DNA of 64,000 nucleotides from a bacterium (lineage in GTDB: Bacteria; Patescibacteriota; Minisyncoccia; UBA6257; GWB1-50-10): NCBI GenBank assembly GCA_030647415.1, contig JAUSKB010000011.1:21858-85857 (forward strand). Direction: 5' to 3'. Shown piece by piece: positions 18,608-27,309 of the stretch (positions within the stretch are counted from its first letter, which is position 1; every line of letters begins with the position of its first letter). The notes beneath the pieces were generated by a model that worked only from the letters and a program-made list of their open reading frames with translations, was not told where the DNA came from and ran no database searches. The position numbers and the translations under genes are program-made.

Positions 18608-18857
18608 ACTGAAAGGGTGCCCGCCCGCCGCGCCCGACACGCTTCGCGAGTCATGCGGGCGGGCATCGCTACCTGCCCGAAGCTGCTGCATCGCTGCAGG
18701 CGGGCGCGAAGCGTTGCGGGCGGGGGGCGACAAGTATGAGCGGGCGAAAGCGGAGTTCGAGCGCCGCTTCCGGTAAAGAGACTGCGCGGAGCGCACGCAA
18801 TGGCGGAGGCGGAGTTCTTTTTGCCATTTTCGCTAACTTTATATAGTTTCCTAAATA

Positions 18858-18886
18858 TTGCATAACTTTATAAAGTTTGATACTAT
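18858..18886 (+). promoter_or_regulatory. Promoter TTGCAT-N17-TACTAT for the Fic gene, with a leaderless or short-leader start.
   Basis: The hexamers were read directly. The -10 element overlaps the ATG at 18885, and the next ATG is at 18900. Confidence 0.4.
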
Positions 18887-18899
18887 GGCGATATCACGC

Positions 18900-19847
18900 A
18901 TGAAGCAAGCCAAACCCATGACCACTCGTCAAAAACTGGAAATCATCCGAAAGATGCTGGGACTGACCCAGACCAAGCTAGCCCAAAGGTTTGGGGTGTC
19001 CTTCGCGGCCTTCAACAGCTGGTGGACCGGTAAATCGAACCCGCGGCCGAAGATGCAGGCCGCCATCAACGAGCTGTTCCTGGAGGTGACCGGGCAGAAG
19101 ATAATCCCCGCCGACCAGCTCACCGCCAAGAAGCAGGCGTTGTCGCGGAAATCGGGAGAGCATGAAAACGTCGTGGCCGAAATTCTGGACAATCCGGATG
19201 TCCGCGACCAGTTCATATTGAAACTCACCTACCACAGCAACCGCATCGAAGGCAGTACGCTCACCGAGCCGGACACAGCAGCGATCCTTTTTGACAATGT
19301 CGCCTTGCCGAACAAAAGCATCATCGAACAGCTTGAAGCAAAAAACCACCAGACTGCCCTGAACTATCTTTTCGACTCTGTGGCCACGAAGGGGAAAATC
19401 AACGGGGCGCTGGTTCTCAAACTCCACGGCATTCTCATGAACGGCATAAAGTCGGATGCCGGCGCGTACCGCAACCATGGCGTGCGAATCACCGGTGTCA
19501 ATCTGCCGACCGCAAATTATGCAAGCGTACCGAAGTTGATGGCCGAAGCGATGCGCAAGACTGCCAAAAAAACGAAAGATGTCGTCGCACTCGTCGCCGC
19601 GGTGCACGGCACGTTTGAGCAGATCCATCCATTCTCCGACGGCAACGGTCGCACGGGCCGCCTGCTTATGGACGCCATGTTGCTTCAGGCAAATTTCGCC
19701 CCGCCCATCATCCGCCAAGAGCAAAAACGGCTCTACTACATGTATCTCTACAAAGCCCAGACCAAGGAGGATTACAGCCGGCTGGAGGATTTCCTCTGCG
19801 ATGCAATCGTGGACGGATTCAAAATCCTCGAGCGAGCTGATTCGTAG
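18900..19847 (+). CDS. Fic/Doc-family protein (putative AMPylase) with an N-terminal XRE-type HTH.
   Basis: The Fic core is HPFSDGNGRTGR. A class-II inhibitory motif SxxxEG (SNRIEG) precedes the core. The HTH is LGLTQTKLAQRFGVSFAAFNSWWTG. The track start at 18858 is TTG, and the true start is probably the ATG at 18885 or 18900. Confidence 0.7.
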   Translation: MKQAKPMTTRQKLEIIRKMLGLTQTKLAQRFGVSFAAFNSWWTGKSNPRPKMQAAINELFLEVTGQKIIPADQLTAKKQALSRKSGEHENVVAEILDNPDVRDQFILKLTYHSNRIEGSTLTEPDTAAILFDNVALPNKSIIEQLEAKNHQTALNYLFDSVATKGKINGALVLKLHGILMNGIKSDAGAYRNHGVRITGVNLPTANYASVPKLMAEAMRKTAKKTKDVVALVAAVHGTFEQIHPFSDGNGRTGRLLMDAMLLQANFAPPIIRQEQKRLYYMYLYKAQTKEDYSRLEDFLCDAIVDGFKILERADS

Positions 19848-20011
19848 AAAAAGGTCTCGCGTGATCTCTGTCAGCGAACAACTTGAACTGTTCATGGCAC
19901 TGTTCTTGTGGTTGTTGGGATACCCCCTAACTTCCCCTAGCCCGCAACAGTAACTCCCCCTAGCCCCCTCTTATGAATAAGAGGGGATATGCATTTCCCT
20001 CCTCCCCTTAC

Positions 20012-20407
20012 CTATAAGGGGAGGTTGGGAGGGGTTAAGTCCGCGATTGCTTCGCGGACTTTTTCATACACACCCTCCAGATTCCGCAACACGTCATTGT
20101 TCCAAAATCGAATCACCATGATGTTTTGCTCCCGAAGGTATGCGGTCCGAACCGCGTCAGAATCGCTATCAATGTGCTGGCTCCCATCAACCTCTATCGC
20201 CAATCGAAACGCCGGACAGTAAAAATCCAGAATGTACGCACCGATGCCGTACTGCCTGAAAAACTTCACTCCGTTCATACGCTTGCCACGAAGCACACCC
20301 CACAGCTTCCGTTCCGCCTCAGTCTGCGACCTGCGCAACGACCTGCGCCGTTCCTTTAGGTCCTCACTGTTATAGAGGTGGGGCATAATTCCAGTAACCC
20401 CTCTCAT
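20012..20407 (-). CDS. DUF559 / Vsr-like endonuclease-domain protein.
   Basis: FYCPAFRLAIEVDGSQH...VIRFWNNDV matches the DUF559 signature. Family A palindromic repeats flank it on both sides. Confidence 0.7.
   Translation of the reverse strand: MRGVTGIMPHLYNSEDLKERRRSLRRSQTEAERKLWGVLRGKRMNGVKFFRQYGIGAYILDFYCPAFRLAIEVDGSQHIDSDSDAVRTAYLREQNIMVIRFWNNDVLRNLEGVYEKVREAIADLTPPNLPL
20039..20064 (+). terminator. Candidate terminator for the Fic transcript. It lies inside the 3' coding end of the convergent DUF559 gene.
   Basis: GTCCGCG-attgctt-CGCGGAC followed by TTTTT. Confidence 0.35.
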
Positions 20408-20456
20408 TCTCCCCTTATGCTAAAGGGGGTACCCTCCTAACTCCCCCAACCCCCTC

Positions 20457-21599
20457 TTATTCTAAGAGGGGGGCGCCCCGGCGAAGGCGGACGATCTCCC
20501 GGTCGATGAGGAGCGGGTACCAGAGACCGTGCAGTACGTGGTACCGCCACCCCGTCGGACCGTCGAGAAACCCGCCGCGCAGAATGAACACATACCCGAA
20601 GTAGAGGACAGCGCGGAGAAAGAGCGGCAGTCGGTCGTACGCACCCCGCCTCCCCGCCCGCAGTCTCTGTTCGGTGTCCGCACCAACGGCAGCTGTAACC
20701 CCCCCTAGCCCCCCCTTATCGGTAAGGGGGGGGAGCGGACCTAACCCCACCTTATGAGCAAGGGGGGGGATTGGACCTAACCCCACCGTATCTGTAAGGG
20801 GGAGGATCGGGCCTAGCCCAACCGTATGAGCAAGAGAAGTGAGCGGAATCGACCTCCCCTTATCATAAGGGGAGGCAGGAGGGGTTACCCCTCTCCTCTG
20901 CCAATATTCTTTTGCTTTTAAGACGGCATACCGCCGGTGCTTCGCTTTCCAATCCGCGAGGCCGCGACGGTCGTCGTGCACAAGGTCGTGCTCCAGCTTT
21001 CCCGTCGCGCCGTCCACCGCGAAATGCTCGTCCATGAGTTGCCCCTCGCACCGCGCCACCGACCGCCGCATGAGCCGCAGAATCCAGACGGGATAGTACC
21101 CGCCGTGGCGGATCCACCGCCCATCCCACATGAACCGGCGTTTGAGATAGTAGCCGTTTATAGGTGATGTAGGCGCGTGCTCATCTTGTAAATTAACCTC
21201 GATACCCCTCATAACCCCTCCCAACCTCCCCTTATGATAAGGGGAGGCAGGAGGAGTTACTTCCTCGGCGTTTGTCGTTGGTTGTTTATTGTTTATTATT
21301 TGCCCAACCTCCTCCTTCAGCTCCTCCGTCGGATACTCGTCAGCGTCCACGAAGAGCACCCACTCGTTTCGGACCGGAAGCTCCCGGAGCGCCCAGTTCC
21401 GCTGCTCCACGAACCCGGCGAACGTATGCTCCACAACCGTTGCACCCGCCTCTCGTGCAATCGCCGCCGTCCGATCAATGGAGCCCGAGTCGAGAACCAC
21501 GACCTCGTCCGCCCACCCCACGACGTGCTCAAGGCACCGGGCGATGTTCGCCTCCTCGTCCCTGGTGAGCACAACAACTGCGACCGGCGCCACTTTCAT
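20457..21599 (-). CDS. GT2 glycosyltransferase (WaaE/KdtX-like) carrying in-frame palindromic-repeat insertions.
   Basis: The N-terminal GT-A fold is VVVLTRDEEANIARCL...VLDSGSIDRT...FVDADE. The C-terminal region has W.RHGGYYP..LRLMRR and GGFLDGPTGW. The repeat-encoded inserts are PPASPYHKGRLGGV and a PLTD/VGLGP tandem of about 60 aa. Confidence 0.75.
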   Translation of the reverse strand: MKVAPVAVVVLTRDEEANIARCLEHVVGWADEVVVLDSGSIDRTAAIAREAGATVVEHTFAGFVEQRNWALRELPVRNEWVLFVDADEYPTEELKEEVGQIINNKQPTTNAEEVTPPASPYHKGRLGGVMRGIEVNLQDEHAPTSPINGYYLKRRFMWDGRWIRHGGYYPVWILRLMRRSVARCEGQLMDEHFAVDGATGKLEHDLVHDDRRGLADWKAKHRRYAVLKAKEYWQRRGVTPPASPYDKGRSIPLTSLAHTVGLGPILPLTDTVGLGPIPPLAHKVGLGPLPPLTDKGGLGGVTAAVGADTEQRLRAGRRGAYDRLPLFLRAVLYFGYVFILRGGFLDGPTGWRYHVLHGLWYPLLIDREIVRLRRGAPLLE

Positions 21600-21602
21600 G
21601 CC

Positions 21603-22391
21603 TTACCTCTTGGTTCGTTTCAACTCTCGGCGGTACACGCGATCCCGCTGCGCGATGGTGTCTGTGAGCCAACTCCTCATGTGGTGACAGTTTGAAACGA
21701 CACAGTGCCCCCCGATGCCGCCGGGCATGTGTTTCAGAACCGGACGTGCGACGTACGGCTTCCCGAGCTTCCGATACCCCACGTTGTAGTCCTTGTTCGG
21801 CACGGTGTACACCTCGTCGTAGTCGAGCTCCCACTGAGCGCACAGCCGCTTCGCCTCCTTCGCGAAGACGATGTTCCATCCGTAGTACGCGGTATCAAGA
21901 AGCTTCGCGAGCTCGGTCGTTTCCGGCTTCCGGAACGTCACGGTTTTGAACCCTACCCGAGCGAACACATCCGCCGCGCGTTTCGCCTTCGGTCCGGCGA
22001 AGTACTTCGGGAAGGCGAAGAGGCTTCGGGCGAAGTGCCGGGGATTCCCGACCACGACGTGCGGCGATGCGTTCGTGACCCCAGGGTGATGCCTCTTCGT
22101 GTGCATGCCGCGAATCGGGCTGTGTACCGCACGCCTCCCTATTTTCATAGTGGTTCCGACGGGCACCGTCGAGTGCACGATGACGAGCGATGGCCGATAC
22201 AGGGCAATGTAGCGCTTCGTCGCTCTCACAAAATTCTTTGCCATCGGATACGCGATATGCATTACATCGAAACGCCCCTTCAAACCCACTTCTGCGTCTC
22301 GTAGGGAAACAGGAAAGGCACGCGACAACACTATAGCGAGCGCCTGCCCCACCTCGCCTGCGCCGATAATCAAATGCCGTTCTTTGCTCAT
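21603..22391 (-). CDS. Short protein of the UDP-glucose/GDP-mannose dehydrogenase family. It has the N-terminal NAD domain and central domain but lacks the C-terminal UDP-binding domain. Possibly truncated or decayed.
   Basis: IGAGEVG Rossmann motif, HSTVPVGTT, ETTELAKLL...LCAQWELDYDEV...PGGIGGHC (compare PG.G.GG.C). The protein ends about 25 aa later. The start was chosen at MSKERH (22391). An alternative start is MARLQ at 22412. Confidence 0.5.
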   Translation of the reverse strand: MSKERHLIIGAGEVGQALAIVLSRAFPVSLRDAEVGLKGRFDVMHIAYPMAKNFVRATKRYIALYRPSLVIVHSTVPVGTTMKIGRRAVHSPIRGMHTKRHHPGVTNASPHVVVGNPRHFARSLFAFPKYFAGPKAKRAADVFARVGFKTVTFRKPETTELAKLLDTAYYGWNIVFAKEAKRLCAQWELDYDEVYTVPNKDYNVGYRKLGKPYVARPVLKHMPGGIGGHCVVSNCHHMRSWLTDTIAQRDRVYRRELKRTKR

Positions 22392-22550
22392 ATCATTTTG
22401 TAACCTGGCCATTTTCTCGAACAGTATTATATACGGAACAGGGTTGTCCCGCCACCGCGCGCGGGGAAAATGTCTCAAGCGCGAATTTCGGGCACCGAGC
22501 GCAAGATTTTCCCGACGCGATGCGTCCGTGAGCAAACAAACGAGCGCCCC

Positions 22551-22640
22551 TCAGAGCACCCGCGCCGTCTTACGGCAACGCCGCAAAGAGTTCGCCTCCT
22601 CGTCCCTGGTGAGAATGATAACGGTGAGGGGCGTTTTCAT
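22551..22640 (-). pseudogene. A 5' stub of a GT2 gene: MKTPLTVIILTRDEEANSLRRCRKTARVL followed by a stop.
   Basis: It shares an identical 23-mer, ttcgcctcctcgtccctggtgag, and the peptide VxxLTRDEEAN with the start of GT2 20457..21599. It was translated codon by codon, and a stop follows after 29 aa. Confidence 0.45.
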
Positions 22641-23812
22641 GCCAATCGAACAAGTTCAGTGTATGCCTCCCGGAAGGCGTGGGCGACTTTCGGCGCGAGG
22701 AAAGATTTTTCAACAAGGGACTTCCCGCGAACTCCCATATCGTGCGCAACCGTACGGTTCCCCAGAACCTTGAGAATTGCCCCCGCAACCGCCGCCTCGT
22801 CCTTTTCCACCACCAATCCCGCACCCGAATCCGCGACTTCGCGGGAGAGCGCGACTCCGGGAGTCACGACAACCGGGAGTCCGGCATACATCGCCTGGAT
22901 GACAGCCATCCCGAAATTCTCCGAGTACGAGGGGAGCACAAACACATCGGCGTCCGTGAGCGCGGGGACATTCATACCTTCGAATGGCCCGGTGAATAGG
23001 ATGCTCTTTTGCAATTGGTAATTGGAAAGTAGTAATTGGACATTTTTCTTGTACCCTTCATCGCCCGAACCGCTTATGACAAGAAGCACTCTCGGGTCTT
23101 TCTTCGCAACGCGCGCAAGGGCAGGAATGAGCGTGTCGAACCCCTTCTTCCATCCGATGCGCCCCATCGCGAGCACGATACGCCGGTCGAGGGAAATCTT
23201 CCACTTCGAGCGGAAATCACCGGGGGCCGCCGGAGGCCACCCTTCGGTGTCAAGCCCGTTCGGGATAACGAATGCCCTCCGGAGCGGAAATCCGGCGCCC
23301 GCATACTCTTCGCGTTCCGTCTCGCTTGTGAAGTGAATGGCGGCGGCGTGAGCGAGGTTCCGCCGCTCGATGAGCGCGAGGTAGAGGCGCTTCTTCAGGG
23401 CACTTTTCATTCCGAGCGGCTCGCACATCAAACTGCCACGAGGAGAGATGATGTAGGGCTTTCCCGCGCGACGCGCGGCGCTGGCGGCGAGAGTCGAGGC
23501 CGCGAGGAACACTGAGGTGACGTGAACGAGGTCAAATTCACCCGTGCGCTCTTTGAGCGCGCGCCGGAGTGCGGATGAGTACATCCACCGAGCCGGAAAC
23601 GACACGGGAAAGTACCACACCTTCACGCCGTCAATGTCTATCTCCTGGTTCAACACGACGTTCAACCGGTTCGGTCCGTCAGCATTCGTCGTAAAGACCG
23701 TCACCGCAACCCCCCCGCGCACAAGCCACTTGTTCAAGGCGTGGACCGAGATGATCGGCCCCCCGTACCGATACGCGGGTAGGTAGCTCGGCACTATATG
23801 GAGAATCTTCAT
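22637..23812 (-). CDS. GT4 glycosyltransferase.
   Basis: MKILHIVPSYLP...; C-terminal ENFGMAVIQAMYAGLPVV. Confidence 0.85.
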   Translation of the reverse strand: MKILHIVPSYLPAYRYGGPIISVHALNKWLVRGGVAVTVFTTNADGPNRLNVVLNQEIDIDGVKVWYFPVSFPARWMYSSALRRALKERTGEFDLVHVTSVFLAASTLAASAARRAGKPYIISPRGSLMCEPLGMKSALKKRLYLALIERRNLAHAAAIHFTSETEREEYAGAGFPLRRAFVIPNGLDTEGWPPAAPGDFRSKWKISLDRRIVLAMGRIGWKKGFDTLIPALARVAKKDPRVLLVISGSGDEGYKKNVQLLLSNYQLQKSILFTGPFEGMNVPALTDADVFVLPSYSENFGMAVIQAMYAGLPVVVTPGVALSREVADSGAGLVVEKDEAAVAGAILKVLGNRTVAHDMGVRGKSLVEKSFLAPKVAHAFREAYTELVRLA

Positions 23813-24564
23813 CTCTTTGGCGTAGCCAGAATCTCACTCGTCTCAGCGAGCGGAAATCCATCGAGCGCTACCACGTCGTACCCGAACCCCACGAGCATCG
23901 TCTGGCACTCGGCCCGGTTCGCGTCGGTATGTATCGCGATGAAAAGTATGGGGCGACCGGTGCGAATGGTGTTCGTGGCGCCATGGAGCACGGCGGACTC
24001 CGCACCTTCGACATCGATTTTTATCACATTGGGCACCGGGCACTTCATGACGGAAATAAAATCATCGAGCGACGTCGTTTTCACTTGCACGTCGGTCGTC
24101 TTGTCTGCCATCAAACCGCTGAAAGAATCCTCTTTGGTGTCAAAATATGCAGTTCCGGAACGATCGGAAACGGCCGCTTCGATGATCTTCACGTTCCCAC
24201 AATGATTCAGCTCACAGTGCCGTTTCAGAAAAGCGAGGTTCCGTGGCAACGGCTCGAACGCGACTATCTTTCCCCGAATTCCGACTGCCCGAGAAGCGAG
24301 GAGTGTGTAGAACCCGGCGTGCGCTCCGATGTCAAAGACGATATCGGCTTCGTGTAGTGAACGAAAGAACGCTCTCTGTTTCTTCGCTTCGTATGTTCCG
24401 AGCCAATAACTCGCGTTCCCCGAGCCCTTTACCCACCATGCGCCGCGGAGCGGGCCAGAAAGCACCGGCACCACGGTCCTGTCGGGGATAACCTGAAGAA
24501 TGGTTCGTGCTACTGATCGCCACGTCATGTGATTTTCTCCCTCCGGTTCCATATACACTACCAC
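23809..24564 (-). CDS. FkbM-family SAM-dependent methyltransferase, a likely sugar O-methyltransferase.
   Basis: FDIGAHAGFYTL and IKIDVEGAE motifs. Confidence 0.75.
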   Translation of the reverse strand: MVVYMEPEGENHMTWRSVARTILQVIPDRTVVPVLSGPLRGAWWVKGSGNASYWLGTYEAKKQRAFFRSLHEADIVFDIGAHAGFYTLLASRAVGIRGKIVAFEPLPRNLAFLKRHCELNHCGNVKIIEAAVSDRSGTAYFDTKEDSFSGLMADKTTDVQVKTTSLDDFISVMKCPVPNVIKIDVEGAESAVLHGATNTIRTGRPILFIAIHTDANRAECQTMLVGFGYDVVALDGFPLAETSEILATPKR

Positions 24565-24598
24565 CCTGAAATGAAATTCTCACGTCTCTCCGAACGTT

Positions 24599-26062
24599 TT
24601 ATGCGGAGCGGACCAACGATAGAATCTCGTCCAAGGCTCGCTCCTTCAAGAGCTTGAGAATGGCGAAATACACGGCACCGGAGAGGGCGATGTTCAAGAG
24701 AACTGGCCAACCCAGCATCTGAAAAAACCAAGCGAGGACCATCATCGGAACGGCTGCCCCAAAAATTTTCGAAAACCCTCCCCAGAGCGAAAACGGTGTT
24801 ATTTTTCTGCACAGCCGGAACGTAAGATACGAGTACACGACACTCGACATGAGCGTCGCAAACGATGCCCCGATCATACCCAATCGCGGAATAAGGAGGA
24901 AATTCAATCCGATACTGACAAGGGATGTGATAATCGCAATCGCGATTGTTTTGCGTTGTTGATCGTATGCAAATATGCAATTTGTAAAAATGACCATGGG
25001 AAATGTGGCAAGAATGGAAAACAAGAGAATTGCCATGGCGCTTGCTCCCGAAATATACGCCGCGCCGAAAATGAATTCCAAAAGCGGGGCGCCAAGCACG
25101 ACACCGCCAAGCACGAGCGGCACCGCGAACAGGAACAGAACCCGGAGCACGCTCTCTATGACCTGGCGGGTACGCATCGGGTCCCCTGAATGCGCGAGTC
25201 TGGAAAACATAGGAAACATACTGGTAGCCACAAGAGCTGCCGGCACCCCCAGGATGCCAACTATTTTCTGAATGGCCGCGTAAATCCCGACATCGCCGGT
25301 GGTCTTCCAAAAACCGAGCATAATGATGTCGACATTGACCAAAAAGAGGCCGACAATCCCCCCCACCGCAATCGGCCATGCCGATTGCAAAATCGGGACA
25401 ACCAAATCTTTATTGAAGCTTTTGAAAAAGCCCTGAATGTGGCGAATGAATACGATTCCCCCCGCGAGAAAGACACCGAAAAGAGCGGCGGCGGCATATG
25501 CCATGGCCAGATATAAAGGGCTTTTCGAGACCATGAGCGCACCGAAACCGAAAACCACGAGCGCAATGTTGGACGCGAGCGTGACCACGGCCTCCCACTC
25601 CATCTTTTCGATGCCCCGGAAAAAGGCAACGAAGAGATCCCTCATGTCGTCGGCAATGAACATCACCATAAGCGCCGGAATCAGCGTAAGCGCCTCCGGG
25701 ATGTGGGTGAAAAGCGGTGCCACAAACAAGAGGAGGGCGGCGGTTATCACAAGGAGGCCTACCTCCAGCCAGAACGAAGTCGCGAACAGCTGGTTCCGCT
25801 CCGCCGGGCGATGGGCGACCTCTCGCGTCATAATCCCATCAACTCCGATATTCTTGAAAAAAAGGAAGAAGCTGGTGAGACCAACCGCATATGAAAACAC
25901 CCCATAGCCGGAGGTTCCAAGCGCCCGCGCCGCATAAATCGTGATAGCGCTCCTGATGACGCGCCCTCCCACCTGGCTCGTCATCAGCCACAGGAAGTTC
26001 TTCACGACGGTTCCCTTCTGACTGTGATCACCAAAGAATAATTTTTTAAATGTGCGTACCAT
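24599..26062 (-). CDS. wzx: Wzx-type flippase, copy 2.
   Basis: A paralog of 10674..12185 (YAARALGTSGYGVFSYAVGL) and a polytopic membrane protein. Confidence 0.8.
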   Translation of the reverse strand: MVRTFKKLFFGDHSQKGTVVKNFLWLMTSQVGGRVIRSAITIYAARALGTSGYGVFSYAVGLTSFFLFFKNIGVDGIMTREVAHRPAERNQLFATSFWLEVGLLVITAALLLFVAPLFTHIPEALTLIPALMVMFIADDMRDLFVAFFRGIEKMEWEAVVTLASNIALVVFGFGALMVSKSPLYLAMAYAAAALFGVFLAGGIVFIRHIQGFFKSFNKDLVVPILQSAWPIAVGGIVGLFLVNVDIIMLGFWKTTGDVGIYAAIQKIVGILGVPAALVATSMFPMFSRLAHSGDPMRTRQVIESVLRVLFLFAVPLVLGGVVLGAPLLEFIFGAAYISGASAMAILLFSILATFPMVIFTNCIFAYDQQRKTIAIAIITSLVSIGLNFLLIPRLGMIGASFATLMSSVVYSYLTFRLCRKITPFSLWGGFSKIFGAAVPMMVLAWFFQMLGWPVLLNIALSGAVYFAILKLLKERALDEILSLVRSA

Positions 26063-26103
26063 GAGAATAGTCGCAGTCCGGAGAATTTATTTTATCCCCG
26101 AAA

Positions 26104-27309
26104 TCATACCCCATTTTTAACCGCCAAGATACGTTCGTATTCCTTCACCATCTTATCGCCGTAATTATCCCAGGTAAAACCCGCCAACACTCTTGTTTTG
26201 GCGGACTGTCCCATTGCTCCACGAATTTCAGGATTTTCATAAAGATACAGCAGCTTTTCTTTTAATCCGGCGACGTCGCGGATGGGAATTATAAAACCGT
26301 CTTGTCCTCCCCGCACAATATCTTCCGCGCCCGTATTCGTTGTTGCGATTATGGGCAATCCGCACGCCATTGCCTGAATGATTACCATCCCAAATCCGTC
26401 CTGGATGGAATTCAATACAAAAACCGATGATTGACTATAATAGGATGCGAGCTTACGCTGCGGCACGCGGCCGATCCACCGGTAATGTCCTTTAAATGTA
26501 TCGAAAAACGGCTTTATCTCATCGCTGAAGCCACCGACAAGCAATAGTTCTGAATTAGGAAGATTAAGTTCGGTAAATGCCTGTAGCAGATAGTGCACGC
26601 CTTTTTGTAAAGACATACCGCCGGCATAAACAACCCTGAAAACATCATCGGTTTTGGGGGTTTGTCTAAACTCCGCAAGATCCACGCCATACGGAATATG
26701 GATCAATTTTTCCTCCGGGATGCCGGCATCCAGAAAAGTTCTCCTGACAAACAGCGAAGGAATGGATATGTAGTCCGCTTCTTCGTATTCATTAAGTTCC
26801 TTTTCGATGATTTTTGGATGGGGCAGCTGAAACGGCTCAAGACGAACGCCGAATTTTTCATATTCCTCTTTGAGAATTTTATCCTGATAAAGGATGTGCG
26901 CGCTCCCTCGTTCGATAATGGTGGTGGCACCCAATCGCTTGGCGACAATCAGGCTCTTCAGAGAAGCCGAAGACGCTCCCACAAAAATATCGCATGGCTT
27001 GAGGATTCGCGCCGCTAATCTATCAAAGGTTTCGAGGATAAGAAACTGCGGATTATAGTAGGTGCGCAAAATCGGAATTTTTTGCCAACCCCGCTGAACT
27101 ATTTCCTTACTAATGATCGAATCTGTCTTGTCGCGCGGAATTCCATATTTAACAACTTCAAACTTTGGATAAGAAGTGATGAGCTGTGAAAGGTAGCCAC
27201 GTTTCAAAAGCTGCTGAGCGAGATTGAACAAATGGAACCGACCCGGAACAGAAATTACGACTTTCACGTTTTTGTTATTGAAAAATTGGATTACTTCCTC
27301 ACTATCCAC
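26104..27309 (-). CDS. GT4 glycosyltransferase.
   Basis: C-terminal GFGMVIIQAMACGLPII, a GT-B fold. Lower GC content. Confidence 0.85.
   Translation of the reverse strand: MDSEEVIQFFNNKNVKVVISVPGRFHLFNLAQQLLKRGYLSQLITSYPKFEVVKYGIPRDKTDSIISKEIVQRGWQKIPILRTYYNPQFLILETFDRLAARILKPCDIFVGASSASLKSLIVAKRLGATTIIERGSAHILYQDKILKEEYEKFGVRLEPFQLPHPKIIEKELNEYEEADYISIPSLFVRRTFLDAGIPEEKLIHIPYGVDLAEFRQTPKTDDVFRVVYAGGMSLQKGVHYLLQAFTELNLPNSELLLVGGFSDEIKPFFDTFKGHYRWIGRVPQRKLASYYSQSSVFVLNSIQDGFGMVIIQAMACGLPIIATTNTGAEDIVRGGQDGFIIPIRDVAGLKEKLLYLYENPEIRGAMGQSAKTRVLAGFTWDNYGDKMVKEYERILAVKNGV

Larger units (their letters stand above)
19965..21248. repeat. Family A palindromic hairpin repeats, CCCC(T)TTAT-nnn-ATAAGGGG(AGG), in at least 10 copies. 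A tandem unit of about 42 bp lies at 20700-20885.
   Basis: Copies at 19965-86, 20001-24, 20411-29, 20450-72, 20711-30, 20744-70, 20781-805, 20853-75 and 21226-48. They occur both between genes and in-frame within the GT2 CDS. Confidence 0.7.

Noticed and set aside
18978-19895. A 305-aa minus-strand ORF antisense to the Fic gene.
   Set aside because: The Fic HPFxDGNGRxGR core and HTH are on the plus strand. The antisense ORF has no motifs.
19965-21248. Possibility that the repeated hairpins form a CRISPR array.
   Set aside because: The repeats are themselves palindromic and variable. Their spacing is irregular (20 to 400 bp) with no unique equal-length spacers. No cas genes are present, and copies lie inside coding sequence.
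24558-25379. A 273-aa minus-strand ORF overlapping wzx copy 2 in another frame.
   Set aside because: The flippase frame has 12-TM MOP architecture and a paralog. The alternative frame is Arg/Cys-rich.
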